Source: Octopus vulgaris (Eukaryota). From it: a DNA stretch of 64,000 bases. How positions within the stretch are numbered: the stretch's first letter is position 1; the number at the start of each line of letters is the position of its first letter. The position numbers and the translations under genes were made by a program. The stretch lies in assembly GCA_951406725.2 (NCBI GenBank), contig OX597827.1, forward strand, positions 38,254,001 to 38,318,000. Direction: 5' to 3'. The notes beneath the pieces were generated by a model. It worked only from the letters and a program-made list of their open reading frames with translations, searched no databases and was not told the DNA's origin. This document shows, piece after piece, positions 27,602-41,198 of this stretch.

Positions 27602-28230
27602 TTAACCCTTTTGATACCAACCTGCCTGAAACCACCTCTGGCTCTGTAGTACAGATGTCTTGTTTTCAGATGTTCTGAATTAAAATCTTCCACCAAGCCT
27701 TAGTCACAGTTTATGTTCCTAACACTAGCTTTATGATAAGTAAGTTATTTTACTAAATTCTTTGTTATATTTGAAACTAGCAGTATCGCCTGGCATTGCT
27801 CGGGTTTGTTTCGACCCTTTAGAATTGGAATTTTTGAAAAGTAAAAATTTTGCATTATGTAGCTTGTTATCCTCTTTAAGTGAACATTTTTCTGGTTGAA
27901 ATACACCAAAAAATGGCGACACAGCAGTAAAAAAAATCATAAAAAATAGGGATTTTCATAGAAAAAAGCAATTTTTGATGTAAATAATTTTTGGTGTTAA
28001 CATGGTCCGATTTGAATTTTTTCTTCTACGGAAGGAAGAGCAAGCCTTCTTCTATCATACTCTCAATTTTGGTCAACTTGTGCCGCAGGGTCTCGGAGGA
28101 GATAGTGTTAGTTGAAGGCTAGTTGAAGGCTACCAAACCTGCTTTATACAGACAACTTCAGCTTTATATATAGAGAGATTAATTGAAAGAAACACAGACC
28201 ATCTCAACAGTATAGTAACAAAGGGGTTAA
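27602..28230. mobile_element. piggyBac-type MITE (family B) interrupted by a Helitron
   Basis: TTAA-CCCTTT ... AAAGGGG-TTAA; uninterrupted copies at 37297-37525 and 54975-55204. Confidence 0.85.
27777..28178 (-). mobile_element. Non-autonomous Helitron
   Basis: TC...hairpin...CTAG; comparison with empty MITE copies shows insertion between A and T with no target duplication. Confidence 0.9.
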
Positions 28231-29499
28231 GAAATGTACGTGTGTCTGACAAATATTCTACTGTTTACATGATAATGCACAGAGCAGTTCAGTTGATTCA
28301 ACAGCTGGAATACTCAAAACTAACAAAGGATCGCTATTACTCAGCAAGTGTTTGTTCACATGTTTACCTGAATGCCTGATGAGTTTGAGAGTTTTGTTTT
28401 ATATTGTGCAGTGTAACTAATTGTATTATGCTCACATCAAATTAAAAACTCTTAATGAAACAACTGTAGCAATGTTTGCTTTATGACCACATGGTATCAG
28501 GATCAGTCCCACAATGCAACACCATGGAGCAAGTGTCATCTTCTGTCGTCCTGAATTGACCAATATCTTGTGAGTGGAATTGGTAGATAGAACCTGGCAG
28601 ACTGTTGTTTATATATACATATGTATTCTTTCATTCTTTTACTTGTTTCAGTCATTTGACTGTGACCATGCTGGAGCACCACCTTGAGGGACTTATTTTT
28701 TAAGCCTAGTGCATATTCTATCATTCTCTATTGCCGAACCATTGAGTTACAGGGACATAAACACACTAACATTGGTTGTCAAGCAGTGAGTGGGGGCAGG
28801 GAGCATGGACACAAAGACGTATATGTGCACTCACACACACACATACACATATATACATACGCACACATATATACATGCAATGAGCTTCTTTCAGTTTCTG
28901 TCTACCAAATCCACTGACAAAGCTTTGGTCAGCCTGAGGCTATAATACAAGACACCTGTTACGTAGTGGGACTGAACCCTGAATCATGTGTTAGGAAGGA
29001 AACTTCTTACCACACACCCATGTGTATTTGTGTGTATCCTTGTCTTTGAATCGTGATGTTGTAAATGAGCATCACTGTCATACAAGCAGTGTTGTATGTT
29101 TCCAGTCTGCCATGAAATATATGTCTAACAATGGGGGAAATATTCACCTTGCTTGGAAACAGGTGAGGGTTGATGACAGGATAGGTATGCGGGCATAGCA
29201 AGTCTGCCTCAACAAATTCTCTTTGACCCAAACCAGTATAAATAAGCCTTCAATAAGTCACCATCCAACCCATGCTAGCACTGAAGAACATATATTGAAT
29301 GAATAAATATATGTATTCATGTTTAGTTAGATGGACAGATCAACCCTTGTTCTTACTCTAACAGTCTCTTTTATGAAACAGCTAAGCTACAAGAATGTAA
29401 TCAAACCAACACTACTTGTCAAGTGGTTGTGGGGACAAACATAAATACACATACTTATGTATGCATATCTACGACAGCTTTCCATACAGTTTCTAATTT

Positions 29500-29725
29500 C
29501 TTTATTGCCCACAAAGGGCTAAACAAAGAGGGGACAAACAAGGACAGACAAAGGGATTAAATCACCTACATCGACCTCAGTGCGTAACTGGTACTTAATT
29601 TATCAATCCCGAAAGGATGAAAAGCAAAGTAGACCTCGGCGGAATTTGAACTCAGAACATAGTGGCAGACGAAATACCACTAAGCATTTCGACCGGCGTG
29701 CTAACGTTTCTGCCAGCTCACCACC
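29500..29725 (-). mobile_element. Full-length Nin-domain-like SINE
   Basis: Minus strand gagctggcagaaacgttagcacgccgg...ttctgagttcaaattccgccgagg...tttcatcctttcggga; inserted in a CORE-like SINE with acagctttccatacagtttctaa duplicated on both sides. Confidence 0.9.
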
Positions 29726-30745
29726 TTTTTTTTTCTTTTTTCTTTTTTTTTTATCAGAAAAGATATTTTATCCACAATCTAATTCAGCTTTCCATACAGT
29801 TTCTAACTGCCAAAGTCACTCACAAAGCATCAGCCAGTCTATGGCTACAGAAGAAGACACTTGTCCAAAGTGTCATGTGGTAGGACTGAACCCAAAACTA
29901 CATGGTTGCAAAGTAAACTTCTTAACCACACAGCTATGCCTGTGCCTATATTGAGACCAATGATATTTATAAATGTAATTGTAAAGTTGTAAACCACACT
30001 ACTGTTGTTATATTGGCCATGCATGTATAAACACTATCTCTTAGGCTCACCACATATCTATAACTTGAAGTGATTGTAACTTGCTATGAAACATGGAACA
30101 AAACTAAATAAGGCAGTTGTGGATAGCACATCCATACTATATAGAATTCTTCACACATAAAAATGACTATTACTGATGGAACCATTACTCACAACTCAGC
30201 ACAATCCTATAAAACACACAGTGTGATTAATGATGTATAAATCTTATGAACAGTGTGACTAATGATATATAAATCTTACGATTAAATTTCAGATACTGGT
30301 AAGAATATATAAACATGCATATAAGTTTTTGGTAATAAGGTCTACTGAAACCAAAAGCAGTTACACATGCCCACAAAATTTATATCTTTATCATGAAGAT
30401 GTGAAATTCTACAAATATTGATCACGATGAATTTAAAGATTCTATTGTTCCAGTTGAACTTTAAAGGACTCGTATGAAATAAAAACGTAACTTAATCTTG
30501 TTCTCAATAAATACATGCTTAACAGAAAAACTGTTCCCTATATATATATTGTATTTTAATGTGTATAAGGAACCCTTTTTTGTCAAAAATTAGGTTAAAA
30601 TATGGATTGTATTATAATTCCTTACATGGATAGTATTATAATACCTTACAAAACCTTTTTTTTCCAAAATTAGGGGGTTCTTTATACATGTTAAATTACG
30701 GTATGTCCTGGCACACTATTGCTTACTATGGTAAATGTTCTAGTT

Positions 30746-31223
30746 CAGGATTTGCCAAAGGGGGTCCGAGGGTTCCTCTAGGGGTTGGCGAGGAATTACA
30801 GGGGATCGCTGATAGCCAAAGAGTCGAATGGAGGTCAGTGTGCGAAAGGCCCTCTCACCCGGATGAACTGCTTGAAATACTTGGTCAGCGCCATGCTCAT
30901 CCTTCACATTGATGTTGTCAATTTCAATATAAGATATTCTAGCAATATGATGCATTTTTTACGTTTTTTAACTGTGAAAATAATTTCACAAAAATTGAAA
31001 GTTTAATACTGTATACTCGTACATGTAGTTTCAAATTTAAAAAGTGTGTCATCTTCAATAAAATTTCTTAATTTGCCATACATGTATATTTTAGCTAACA
31101 TTTTAATTGCTAGAATCAGTACCCAGTATGCATTTAAGATATGGTACAGTAGAGGAGGGTGGTCGATGTGGAAGGAGAAGTGGTTAAAGGGGGTTGATGG
31201 TTGAAAAAGTTTGGTGACCCCTG
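30746..31223. mobile_element. hAT (Charlie-like) non-autonomous transposon
   Basis: TIRs CAGGATTTGCCAAA / TTTGGTGACCCCTG with a perfect 8-bp TSD TTCTAGTT (30738-30745 and 31224-31231). Confidence 0.9.
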
Positions 31224-31231
31224 TTCTAGTT

Positions 31232-31517
31232 GATCTGATCAGCAGAACAGCCTACTCATGAAAGTAATGTGCAAGTGGCTGAGAACTTAACAGACATGTG
31301 TGCCTTAATTTAATTCTTAGGGAGATTCAGTATAACACAGAATGTGACAAAACTGGCCCTTTCGAACTACAAGTACTATTCATTTTTGTCAACTGCATGG
31401 ACTGGAGCAATGTGAAATAAGGTGTCTTATTCATAGACACAATGCACCACCTGGGATCAAACTCACAACCTTACAATTGTGAGACAAATACTCTAACCAC
31501 TAAGCCATGTGTCTCCA
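31232..31517 (-). mobile_element. tRNA SINE (Meta-like family) whose tail hosts the hAT insertion
   Basis: Minus-strand head ggagacacatggcttagtggttagag; body shared with 4819-5250 and 63880-64000. Confidence 0.75.
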
Positions 31518-31689
31518 TACATATATAAATACAAACACACACACATACATGCACACACTAGGATAATTGTGGAAAATCCATAAATCCACAGGTGAGATAT
31601 CAAATTTTATAGTTAATTACTTGTAGACAATAGAAAAGGATTAACCGAAGAAAATACATGTTCCTCTTTGTGATTTAAGAAAAATAATG

Positions 31690-32100
31690 AATGTGGCTAT
31701 GTGGTAAGAAGCTTGCTTCCCAACCACATGATTCCAGGTTCAGTTCCACTGTATGGCACCATAGGCAAGTGTCTTCTATTATAGCTTCAGGCTGACCAAA
31801 GCCTTGTGAGTAGATTTGGTAGATGGAAACTGAAAGAAGCCCAATGTATATATATATGTTTATATATTTGTGTGTGTCTGTGCTTGCCCCCACCGCCATC
31901 ACTTCACAACCACCACCACCACCACCACCGTTGCTCAACAACCAGTGTTGGTGTGTTTACATCCCTGTAATTTATCGGCAAAAGCAACTGATAGAATAAG
32001 TACTAGGCTTATAAGGAATAAGTCCTGGGATCGATATGTTTGACTAAAGAGAGTGCTCCAGCATGGCCACAGTCAAATGACTGAAACAAATAAAAGAATA
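31690..32100 (+). mobile_element. CORE-like SINE, full length
   Basis: Same head, core and tail as 20170-20582. Confidence 0.9.
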
Positions 32101-33374
32101 CATGCAAAACTTTTATGTATATATATGTGTGTGTGTGTATACACATATATACACACACACACATTCATAGTTATATAGTTTACAAAAATACCATTATCAA
32201 AAGAAGAGAATATTCATCCTTCTAAAAACGGCCCAATACAATGGTAATCCTGTTCAATTGTCAAGGCACACATAGTTCAGCTTGAAAGTCAGATTGAATC
32301 TTGCTTGCTTGCAACGTTACTCAGCCAAACTGGTGCATAATGGGGAAATACTTTGAATTAAGTATACCCTGAAATGTTAATATGAATTGAATGAAACAAC
32401 TTTCACATAAATCTGTAAAGTGGTTTTCCAGATATTAAAGATTTTGGGGGTATAAATACCCAAAACGGTGTATAATGTTCCAAAAATAATCTTTATCCTG
32501 AAAGGAAGACACTCTTATCTTTCGACACAGTGAGTTGATAAACGAGAAAATACAATTTTTGTTTCTAAGTCAATATCTGTTACCGCTTTTGTTAAACGCA
32601 ATAATTTAATCATTTAGAAATATTTTTATGTGATTTCAATAATGTAAATTCAGTAACTATTTATATTTTAGCTTTCATTAAACATACAATATTTTGATGT
32701 TTCTCTTAAATTATTTTCAAGTGAATACCATTGCAAACATTTTTTTTGACATATTTAAAAAATATTCTAAGGTGAATATGACTTTAAAAATATGGTAAAT
32801 ATTTCGTAAAAGACCTGTTCGTAACCCCAGTGTGAAATAGTTTTTTTCGAGTGCATTCAACGTATCTCACCTCCAAAGATTTGGCTGCTATTTCTAGCAC
32901 GCCCTACTACACATAACAGCTATTTGTAATAAAGGACCCAAAATAACTGTTATGTGGTAGCAGGGTATGCAACAAATAGCAGCTAAATCTCTCCTTTTCT
33001 GGGGAAAGGAGCTGTTTATGCATGATTTCAATGTCACATTTGTTGAAGGCACATGAAATAACCTGGAAAACAAAAAATAAACTCACAAAACAAAACTCCG
33101 TCTCTGAGAAACTCAGAGTTTCCCAGTGACCCAACGGGTCACGGGTAATCTAGTATATATATGTGTGTGTGTGCAGGCATGGTTATGTGATAAGAAACTT
33201 GCTTGGTCTCACTGGGCAAGTGTTTTGTACTACAGCTCAGGTCCAACCAAAGCCTAGTGAGTGGATTTAGTGGATGGAAACTGAAAGAAGCCCCGTTATA
33301 TTATGTCTATGTTTGTGTTTGCCCCCTCCTCCCCAGTGCTTGACAACTGGTATTGATTCAGCAAACACAATAGG

Positions 33375-33750
33375 CACAGAGTGGCTGCATGGTAAGTAGC
33401 TTGCTTACCAATCACATGGTTCCGGGTTCAGTCCCATTGAGTGGCAATTGTCTTCCACTATAGCCTTGGGCCGACGAAAGCCTTGTGAGTAGATTTGGCA
33501 GACAGAAACTGAAAGAAGCCTATCGTATATACATATATATCTGCATGTGTGTGTGTGTGTGTACCATCGCTTGACAACCGATGCTGGTGTGTTTATATCC
33601 CAGTAACTTAGCAGTTCGGCAAAAGAGACCAATAGAATAAGTACCAGGCTTACAAAGTATAAGTCCTGGGGTCGATTTGTTCGACTAAAGGCGGTGCTCC
33701 AGCATGGCTGCAGTCACATGACTGAAACAAATAAAAGAAAACTAAAAGAA
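33375..33750 (+). mobile_element. CORE-like SINE, near full length
   Basis: Same family; preceded by a decayed copy at 33170-33365. Confidence 0.88.
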
Positions 33751-34859
33751 AGGAAACGACACACACACACACATACATGCACACACAGTTTATAGATGGA
33801 GGGTTTAATTTGTTGAACATGGATAGAAACATTTCTACACAGTGTTCAGCAAACTAAGTGACCTGTAATGTTAGCACTAACTACATAATGAAAGTACCAC
33901 TCTAGCTGCTAATTGCTTTGATATGCATGTCAGTGGGAGGGGTAAACAAGTTGATAAAGACATACTGCTAGTTGTAATAGTAGATGTGTGTGTGTACATG
34001 TGTGCATCATCATCGTCGTCGTTTAACGTCCGTTTTCCATGCTAGCATGGGTTGGACGGCTGTGCATATATATCTATCTATCTATATATATATATATATA
34101 GGTCCTTTTACATACTATATATATCTATATAGGTCCTTTTACATACTTAACATTGCTTGGTAAAATTATTAATTACTAATTAATTAATTAATTTTACCCT
34201 TATTATTATTGACTATATATATGTATGTATGTCTGTATGTATGTAGGCATGATTGTAATCATATGGTTTCAGGTTCAGTCCCACTGCACAGTACTTCTAC
34301 TTGGGCAAGTGTCTGCTATTATAGCCCCAGGCCAAGTAATTCCTTGTGAGTGAATTTGTTAGACAGAAATTGTGTGTGTGTCTGTATTTGTCATCTCTCC
34401 TCCAACTTCCCTGCTTGACAACTGGTTTTGCTTTGTTCATGATTCTGTAACTTAGCAGTTTGGTAAAAGAGATTGATGGAATAAGTACTGAGCTCTTGAT
34501 ATGCATGTCAGTGGGAGGGGTAAACAGGTTGGTAGACATACTGCTAATTGTATTAGTAGATGTGTATGTGTGTGTATATACATATATATGTATATAGGCA
34601 TAATTGTTGTAATTAAGGAGCTCACTTTGCAATTGTGTTGTTTCAAGTTCAGTCCCATTGCACAGCACCTCATCTTGCTTTACTCATGTCCCTGTAACTT
34701 AGAAGGTTATCCACAGAGGCCGATAGAATTAATAACAGGCTTTAAAAAAAATTTGTCCTGAAGTCAATTTGTTTGACTAAAAAACCCTTCAAGGCAATGT
34801 TCCTGCGTAGCCGCAGTCAAATGACTGAAACAAGTAAAAGATAAAAAAATACACACAGA

Positions 34860-35990
34860 CACATTACACAGTTGTATCACATGACCATACAAGCAGTCTT
34901 TCATTCACACTACATCTGTTTTCTCTTATATCTTATATCTAGCTTTTCTTCATCTCATTTCATACTCTCTCATTCAAATACAACAGTGCACATCCAGCAA
35001 AGCATGCTAACTTCATTTCTGTCTAGTCTTCATAAATCTTCTGCATCGAAAAGCCCATGTTTCACTATCACATGGCATCAAATTTTGTACACAAGCATCA
35101 TGCAATTTGCTCTTTGCTCTGAGAATTAAATCCTTTGTTGCCAGCAACTACACCCATCATCACTGCTAATTAGCTTATTTACATAACAAAAGATATCAAC
35201 TACTTTTAATGAGTTTTCTGAGCATTTGAAAGCATGTATTTCAAATATATTCTTAATCTTAATTACTCCCGTGCACCTGTTACAAATGAAATCAATATCC
35301 TCTGTCAGTTTGCCTATGCTCCTACTAAACCTATTGTACCTTTCATGGTTTACCCTGGGTACACTGTATAGAATTTCTACATCCCAAGCATGGCCATTTC
35401 CCAGATGGCGTAGCACTGTTGTGTCTTCTTACCAGCATACTACAACTTTAGTCTTTCCTATCTTTACTTTGAGGTGTTTTGATTTTGCTTCCATGTCTAG
35501 ATTTTTGGATCTTTTCATTTCTATAAGAAGCACTGAACTGGCTGTAAGAACTGGGTCGTCTACATACAGAAGTTCTCTCGGACAGCTTGTCTGAATTCTT
35601 CTATCATAAACAAGTGGGGATCTGAGAATGAAGCTCTGATGAATTCCTGCTTGTGCACTAAATTCATCTCTGAACTCATTGTTGACTTTCATCTTACTGA
35701 CTGAGCTTTATTCTTGCCTTGTAAGCCATCCGTCCACCTCTAGTTCTTTAGTGACCATCAAGCTACAGAACAAGACCTTCTTCAAGTTGGTGAATGCTAA
35801 ATATAGCTAACTACTTTTCCTGCAGTTTTCTCACTAAGAATATTAGTATCAGTTTTACCCCTTCCTGATACAAAGCTGAACTTCATCTCATCTAGGCTAA
35901 TTTTATTCCTAATCGGTTGTGATATATCTCTTTCTGTAGCTTTCATAAACTGGTCCAACCATTTGATGCCTTGGTAATTGCCATTCATCA
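34860..35990 (-). pseudogene. Decayed RTE LINE RT including the Cys-rich insert
   Basis: NYQGIKWLDQFMK, GIHQSFILRSPL, CPRELLYVDD, LKVKIGKTKV, FICNRCTG and VVDIFCYVNKLISSDDGC are collinear with the 55274 ORF. Confidence 0.88.
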
Positions 35991-36969
35991 GTGGTTCTCT
36001 TTTGAGGAAACACTTTGGCCCTATAACATCTGATAATGATAATTTTACTTTAAATACAATTGGTTAGTTGTTTGCTTAGATAGCAAGAGTGAGAATCATT
36101 TTGCCAGCATCTACTTAGATTTTTTGTTTTTTTTTATTTAAATGAAAAGAATAAAGATAACTTTATGCATTTTCTTCCTTGTAAATTTTTCTTTTAACCA
36201 CAGTCTTTAACATTCACACATAGCTATTTCAATGTTGTTGGATTTCTTCAGTACTAGGTAGTCCAGGGTCTAAACCAGGGGTTCTCAACCATTGTTTTTA
36301 TCTATGGATCCCCTTGATTATTATTTTATTCTGGTGGACCATCATTACTAGTTGATGTTTAAAAACTATTTTTATAGAAGCTTCTTTCAAAATTCTCATT
36401 TTGTTTTACACACATTAATTTATGTAAAGTGAACTATGTAAAATGTTAGTGTTTCTTGCAATATATACATCTGAAGCAAAAATTATTTAGGAGTCCTTAA
36501 AATACTAAGAGGATTGCAGTAATCTTAAAGAAGAAAGATGAGATGATGTATTAAAAACTGGAGAAGTGAGACAGCTGGGCCTAAATCAAAGAGTTATATC
36601 ATTTAGGAGAGCTTGAACCATTGCAGTAGCTGTTGGTTGCAGGAGAGAGAGAGAGAGAATGAGAGAGAGAGGTTGTAGGTTGTTGGTGAGGAAATCTTTG
36701 ATGTCAATCTGTTGAATGGCCTTGTTTACACATAAGATCCGTGATGTTTGTGAACAGCAGCTCAGTCCTATAGTTTTTGAGATATTAGCAGTGTTACTGT
36801 TGTTTAATCCTAGGTCAGTCTTGATGGATCAATCCAGCTATGGTCATCTTGTCCTTTATTATTATTATTATTTTTTTGTCCACGCATTAACTGATCTAAG
36901 ACTACATTATCTGATGTCCAGCATCTTGGGCAAATGTTTTCTACTATACACCAATTGGCATTGGTTGTT

Positions 36970-37175
36970 TTAACCCTTTACTATTCAGATTACATTGTTA
37001 AATGTAATATTTATTAATATTATTTAAAAATTAATCATGCGTTATCTCATAGCTTTGAAATTTTGATGATGTGACATTGTAAGGTAGGTGTCAGAGGCTG
37101 GATCTGGTTGGTTTGAACATAAACCTGGTAGAATGTTTAGACTGGATATAGCTGGTTTAAATGCTAAATGGTTAA
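36970..37175. mobile_element. piggyBac-type MITE (family A)
   Basis: TTAA-CCCTTTA ... AATGCTAAATGG-TTAA; other copies at 38991-39214, 54713-54978 and 59073-59304. Confidence 0.8.
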
Positions 37176-37296
37176 TTCCCCATTAAATTTGCAGTTCTGC
37201 AAAACAGACTGATAGAAAAAGTACTGTAGTCAATTTATTTGATTAATATCTGCAAAGTTGTGGCTCAGCATGGTTACGGTCCAGTGACTGAGATGA

Positions 37297-37525
37297 TTAA
37301 CCCTTTCATTACCGTATTTATTTTGAGATGCTCTGTTTCTTTCAATTAATTTTAAATATAACAAAGAATTTAGTAAAATAACTTAGTTATCATAAAGCTA
37401 GTGTTAGGAACATAAATTGTGGACTAAGGTTTGGTGGAAGATTTTAATTCAGAACTTCTGAAAACAAGACATTTGTACTACAGAGCCAGAGGTCGTTTCA
37501 GGCAGGTTGGTATCGAAAAGGTTAA
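37297..37525. mobile_element. piggyBac-type MITE (family B)
   Basis: TTAA-flanked with CCCTTT terminus; nearly identical to 54975-55204. Confidence 0.85.
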
Positions 37526-37613
37526 ATGAAAAAGGTAAAAGGTATTGATATTGATTAAAACAAAAAAAGAGGGCAGTTCTGTATGAGAGATCCCTGCAGT
37601 GGATTTGGGGATA

Positions 37614-37702
37614 GGAAATTAGGATATTTTCGTTTAAGAAATTAGGATATTTTCATTTAAGAAATTAGGATATTTTCATTTAAGAAATAAGGATATTTTC
37701 AT
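37614..37702. repeat. 23-bp minisatellite, ~4 copies
   Basis: Unit agaaattaggatattttcattta. Confidence 0.92.
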
Positions 37703-39424
37703 ATGCCCACAAGCCTTTTTGAGAGTGCTCCAAGCATGTGTACTTAAGAAGTTTTCTTTGCAGCTACCTAGCTTTGGATTTGATCCCAATACACATGTAT
37801 ATCTACCATAAGAAACTGATACAGAGTGAACATGTATCATATGTTTCTAATATATATATGTGTGTGTGTATTTGTTCAGTGTGATACAACTTAACTTTCT
37901 CTTATCTTTTGCTACATATTCATCATCATTGGTTAACATCTGCTTTTCATGCTGGTATGGGTTGGCTGGTTTGATCTGGAGCTGTCCAAACTCCAGTTGT
38001 CTGTTGTGGCATGGTTCATACAACTGGATGCACTTCCTAACACCAAGCACTTAACAGAGTGTGCTGGGCGCTTGTTACATGCCACAACAAGCATTCATAT
38101 TTAGTTTATATAGCTGTGGCACCTTGGGTAACTGTCTTCTACTTTAGCCCCCTACACACACATGTGTACTTTGCTACAAATATTGACAATTTTTTATCAA
38201 TAGACCATCCACTCGCTCTTTGCTTTTGAAGAAATGTGGAATATAAAAAAAATCACTTGAAAAACGAGAGGTAAAGAGTTAGCAAGAGGAAGGGCATACT
38301 GTTGTAAACAACTGTGTGCCTTAGTAATATATATTCACCTAACCCATGCTAGTATTTAAAAATAGACATAAAATTATATATAATTTCATTCTGTTTCAGT
38401 AAACTCTTGTTCATCCGTACTCTTATACATATATAAACACAATATTTTATATTACAATATAACCTGTCAATCCAACTTTATTATTATTTTATCTCTTATA
38501 CATAATGTTTCCTCTTCCCCTTGTAGTCTTTCAGAAATTTATATCATGTTTATATATCAGTTTTATTATATTTTATTTATGTGACTTTTATGTTTTAATC
38601 TAAATTCTGAGTTCAAATTGTACTGAAGTTGACTGCCTTCTTTTATCTCTCTGAAGTCAATAAAACGGACACTTGTAATGAGGATTGATTTAATATTCCT
38701 ATCAAGCATTCTAGGTGCCGTGCTAATGGAATTAGTGGAGTATCAGGACAGTGCTCATTCTCCAAACCTGTAGCATTACAAATGTGATTATTAACTCTTT
38801 CACAGTGTAATTAAATTTCATGATTATTCCAGTAATGATGTTTAACATCATATCTGCCAAAAACTAGAAAATTGATATTTTTTCCAAGTCACAGCCTCAA
38901 TAAACTTGAGATATCTCAAAAATATTAGTTTCAAAAATGACATTCTTCAACAACAAAAGATAGACTGGTATATAAAACTCCTTTCTTCGGTTAACATTTT
39001 AGCATTCAGAATACTCTTTCAAATTAATGTTTATTTATTTATTTATTTATTTATTTTGTTTTGAATTAATCATGCATTATCTCATAGCTTCGACATTAAA
39101 AAAAATCTTTTTAGGTTGACATTGTAGGGTCAGTGTGAAAAGCCAGATCTGGCCTGTTTAAATGCTAATGAGATTTTGAGTGGATATATCTGATTTCTGC
39201 TGTAAAAGAGTTAAGCATTGCTAAAGTTTTAATCCAAATCTATAACAAATCTATCAACAGTTTTTCTTATTGAACACTTTTACTATGAACGTCATCACTA
39301 TGTTATTTTTCTGTATTTACTCTCTCTCTGTATATATATATATTTATATAAATAAGGATAAGATCGTTATTTAAAATACCAATCTTATCATATGGCCAGC
39401 ATGGGAATAAAAACCTCAAAGGTA

Positions 39425-39653
39425 ATAATTAATATTAAGATTATAATTAAGGGTATCTAAGAGATACCACCATGCTAGAAATAGCAGCCAAAACTTGACT
39501 CTAAAATGAATTATTTTGCTACTTTATTTTGTCTCTTTGTCTTCTCTCCTGGTGCTGTATGAACATTTAACGTGGTTTTAGAGTCAAGTTTTGGGTGTTA
39601 TTTCTAGCATGGTGGTATCTCTTAGATACCCTTAATTATAATTTTAATATTAA

Positions 39654-39657
<4 letters not shown>
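39425..39657. repeat. Inverted repeat, ~82-bp arms with ~69-bp spacer
   Basis: 39425-39506 versus the reverse complement of 39576-39657, few mismatches; TA-flanked. Confidence 0.9.
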
Positions 39658-39685
<28 letters not shown>

Positions 39686-39689
39686 GCTT

Positions 39690-40035
39690 TTATTCTTTTC
39701 AATCATTGGCAGCCATGCTGGAGCACTGCCTTTAGTTGAGCAAATCAACCCCAGAACTTATTCTTTGTAAGTCTAGTACTTATTCTATCAGTCACTTTTA
39801 TCAAACCGCTAAGATATGGATACGTAAATGCACCAGCATCGGTTGTCAAGTGATGTTGGCGGAGACAAACACAGACACACAAATACACACACACACGACA
39901 GGCTTCTTTCAGTTTCCGTCTACCAAATCCACTCACAAGGCTTTGGTCAGCCCGAGGCTATAGTAGAAGACGCTTGCCCAAGGTGCCATGCAGTGGGAAT
40001 GAAGCCAGAACCATGTGGTTGGTAAGCAAGCTGCA
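39690..40035 (-). mobile_element. CORE-like SINE
   Basis: Same family as 20170-20582. Confidence 0.88.
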
Positions 40036-40160
40036 AAAACATCAATGTTTTTGCTTCTTTAATTAAAAAGGTAGAGTAATAACTCTACCTTTTGGTATTC
40101 AAGTACTATTTTTCTCCACCTCGTTTTCTATTTATGTGCTTACTCATGTGTATGTGTATA

Positions 40161-40191
<31 letters not shown>

Positions 40192-40660
40192 CATTATCAT
40201 CATCAACGTCTACTATTCCATGCTTGCATGGATCAGACAGAATTTGTTGAGCAGATTTTCTATGGTTGGATGCTCTTCCTGTTGCTAACCCTTACATGTT
40301 TCCTGGCAAGATGATATTTTACCATGAAAGAGTGAAAGCAAATAACATTGCTTGTATGATGATGATGTTCATTCACAAGGCTTTGGTTAGCCCAAGGTGC
40401 CACGCAGTGAGACTGAACCTGAAACTATGTGGTTGGTAAGCAAGCTACTTAGCACACAGCCACTCCTGTGCCTATGTACATATATATATATATATATATA
40501 ATTGGACAGCCATGAAACGATCGTAGTGTTTTACTCATTATCTTTTATTAAACTTTTAATACTTTTGATATATATTTAAAATAATATAAATTAATTAATT
40601 TTATGTATTGGCTTAAGTTTTTCATTGTTTGATTTGCCTAATAGTGGTTTTATCTCTAAT

Positions 40661-40704
<44 letters not shown>

Positions 40705-40776
40705 ACATATTTATATATATGTATATATATATATGTGTATACATATATATATATGTGTAAACATATATATATATGT

Positions 40777-40812
<36 letters not shown>

Positions 40813-40995
40813 ATATACATATATATATATGTATATGTGTATGTGTGCATATATATATATGTATGTGTTTGTGTATATATATATGTGTGTGTGTACCCCC
40901 CCCCCCCAAGAAAAATACAAGAAAGAAAACAACAATGCGAGGATGTGATACATACAAAGTATTAACAGACTCTCAGGGAAAGAAAAAAAAAATGG

Positions 40996-41032
40996 TGTTT
41001 TACATTTTGAGCAAGGCTCTTCGTCAGAAACA
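40996..41032 (-). ncRNA. Minimal hammerhead ribozyme relic (probably inactivated)
   Basis: TGTTT CTGACGA A GAGC CTT GCTC AAAA TGT A AAACA; the canonical CGAAACGTA reads CAAAATGTA, consistent with two CpG transitions; lies within pLTR-like 40910-41105. Confidence 0.7.
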
Positions 41033-41116
41033 GGAGACAGATTAACGTCCAGAGAAAAGGAAGATGGAGGGAAAAAAATCGCCAACAATCCACATGTAGT
41101 TACATATGTGTATATC

Positions 41117-41198
<82 letters not shown>

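Noticed and set aside
37614-37702. 23-bp repeats (and the 153-bp repeats at 56588) as a CRISPR array
   Set aside because: Head-to-tail repeats with no unique spacers, no cas genes, and a eukaryotic context.
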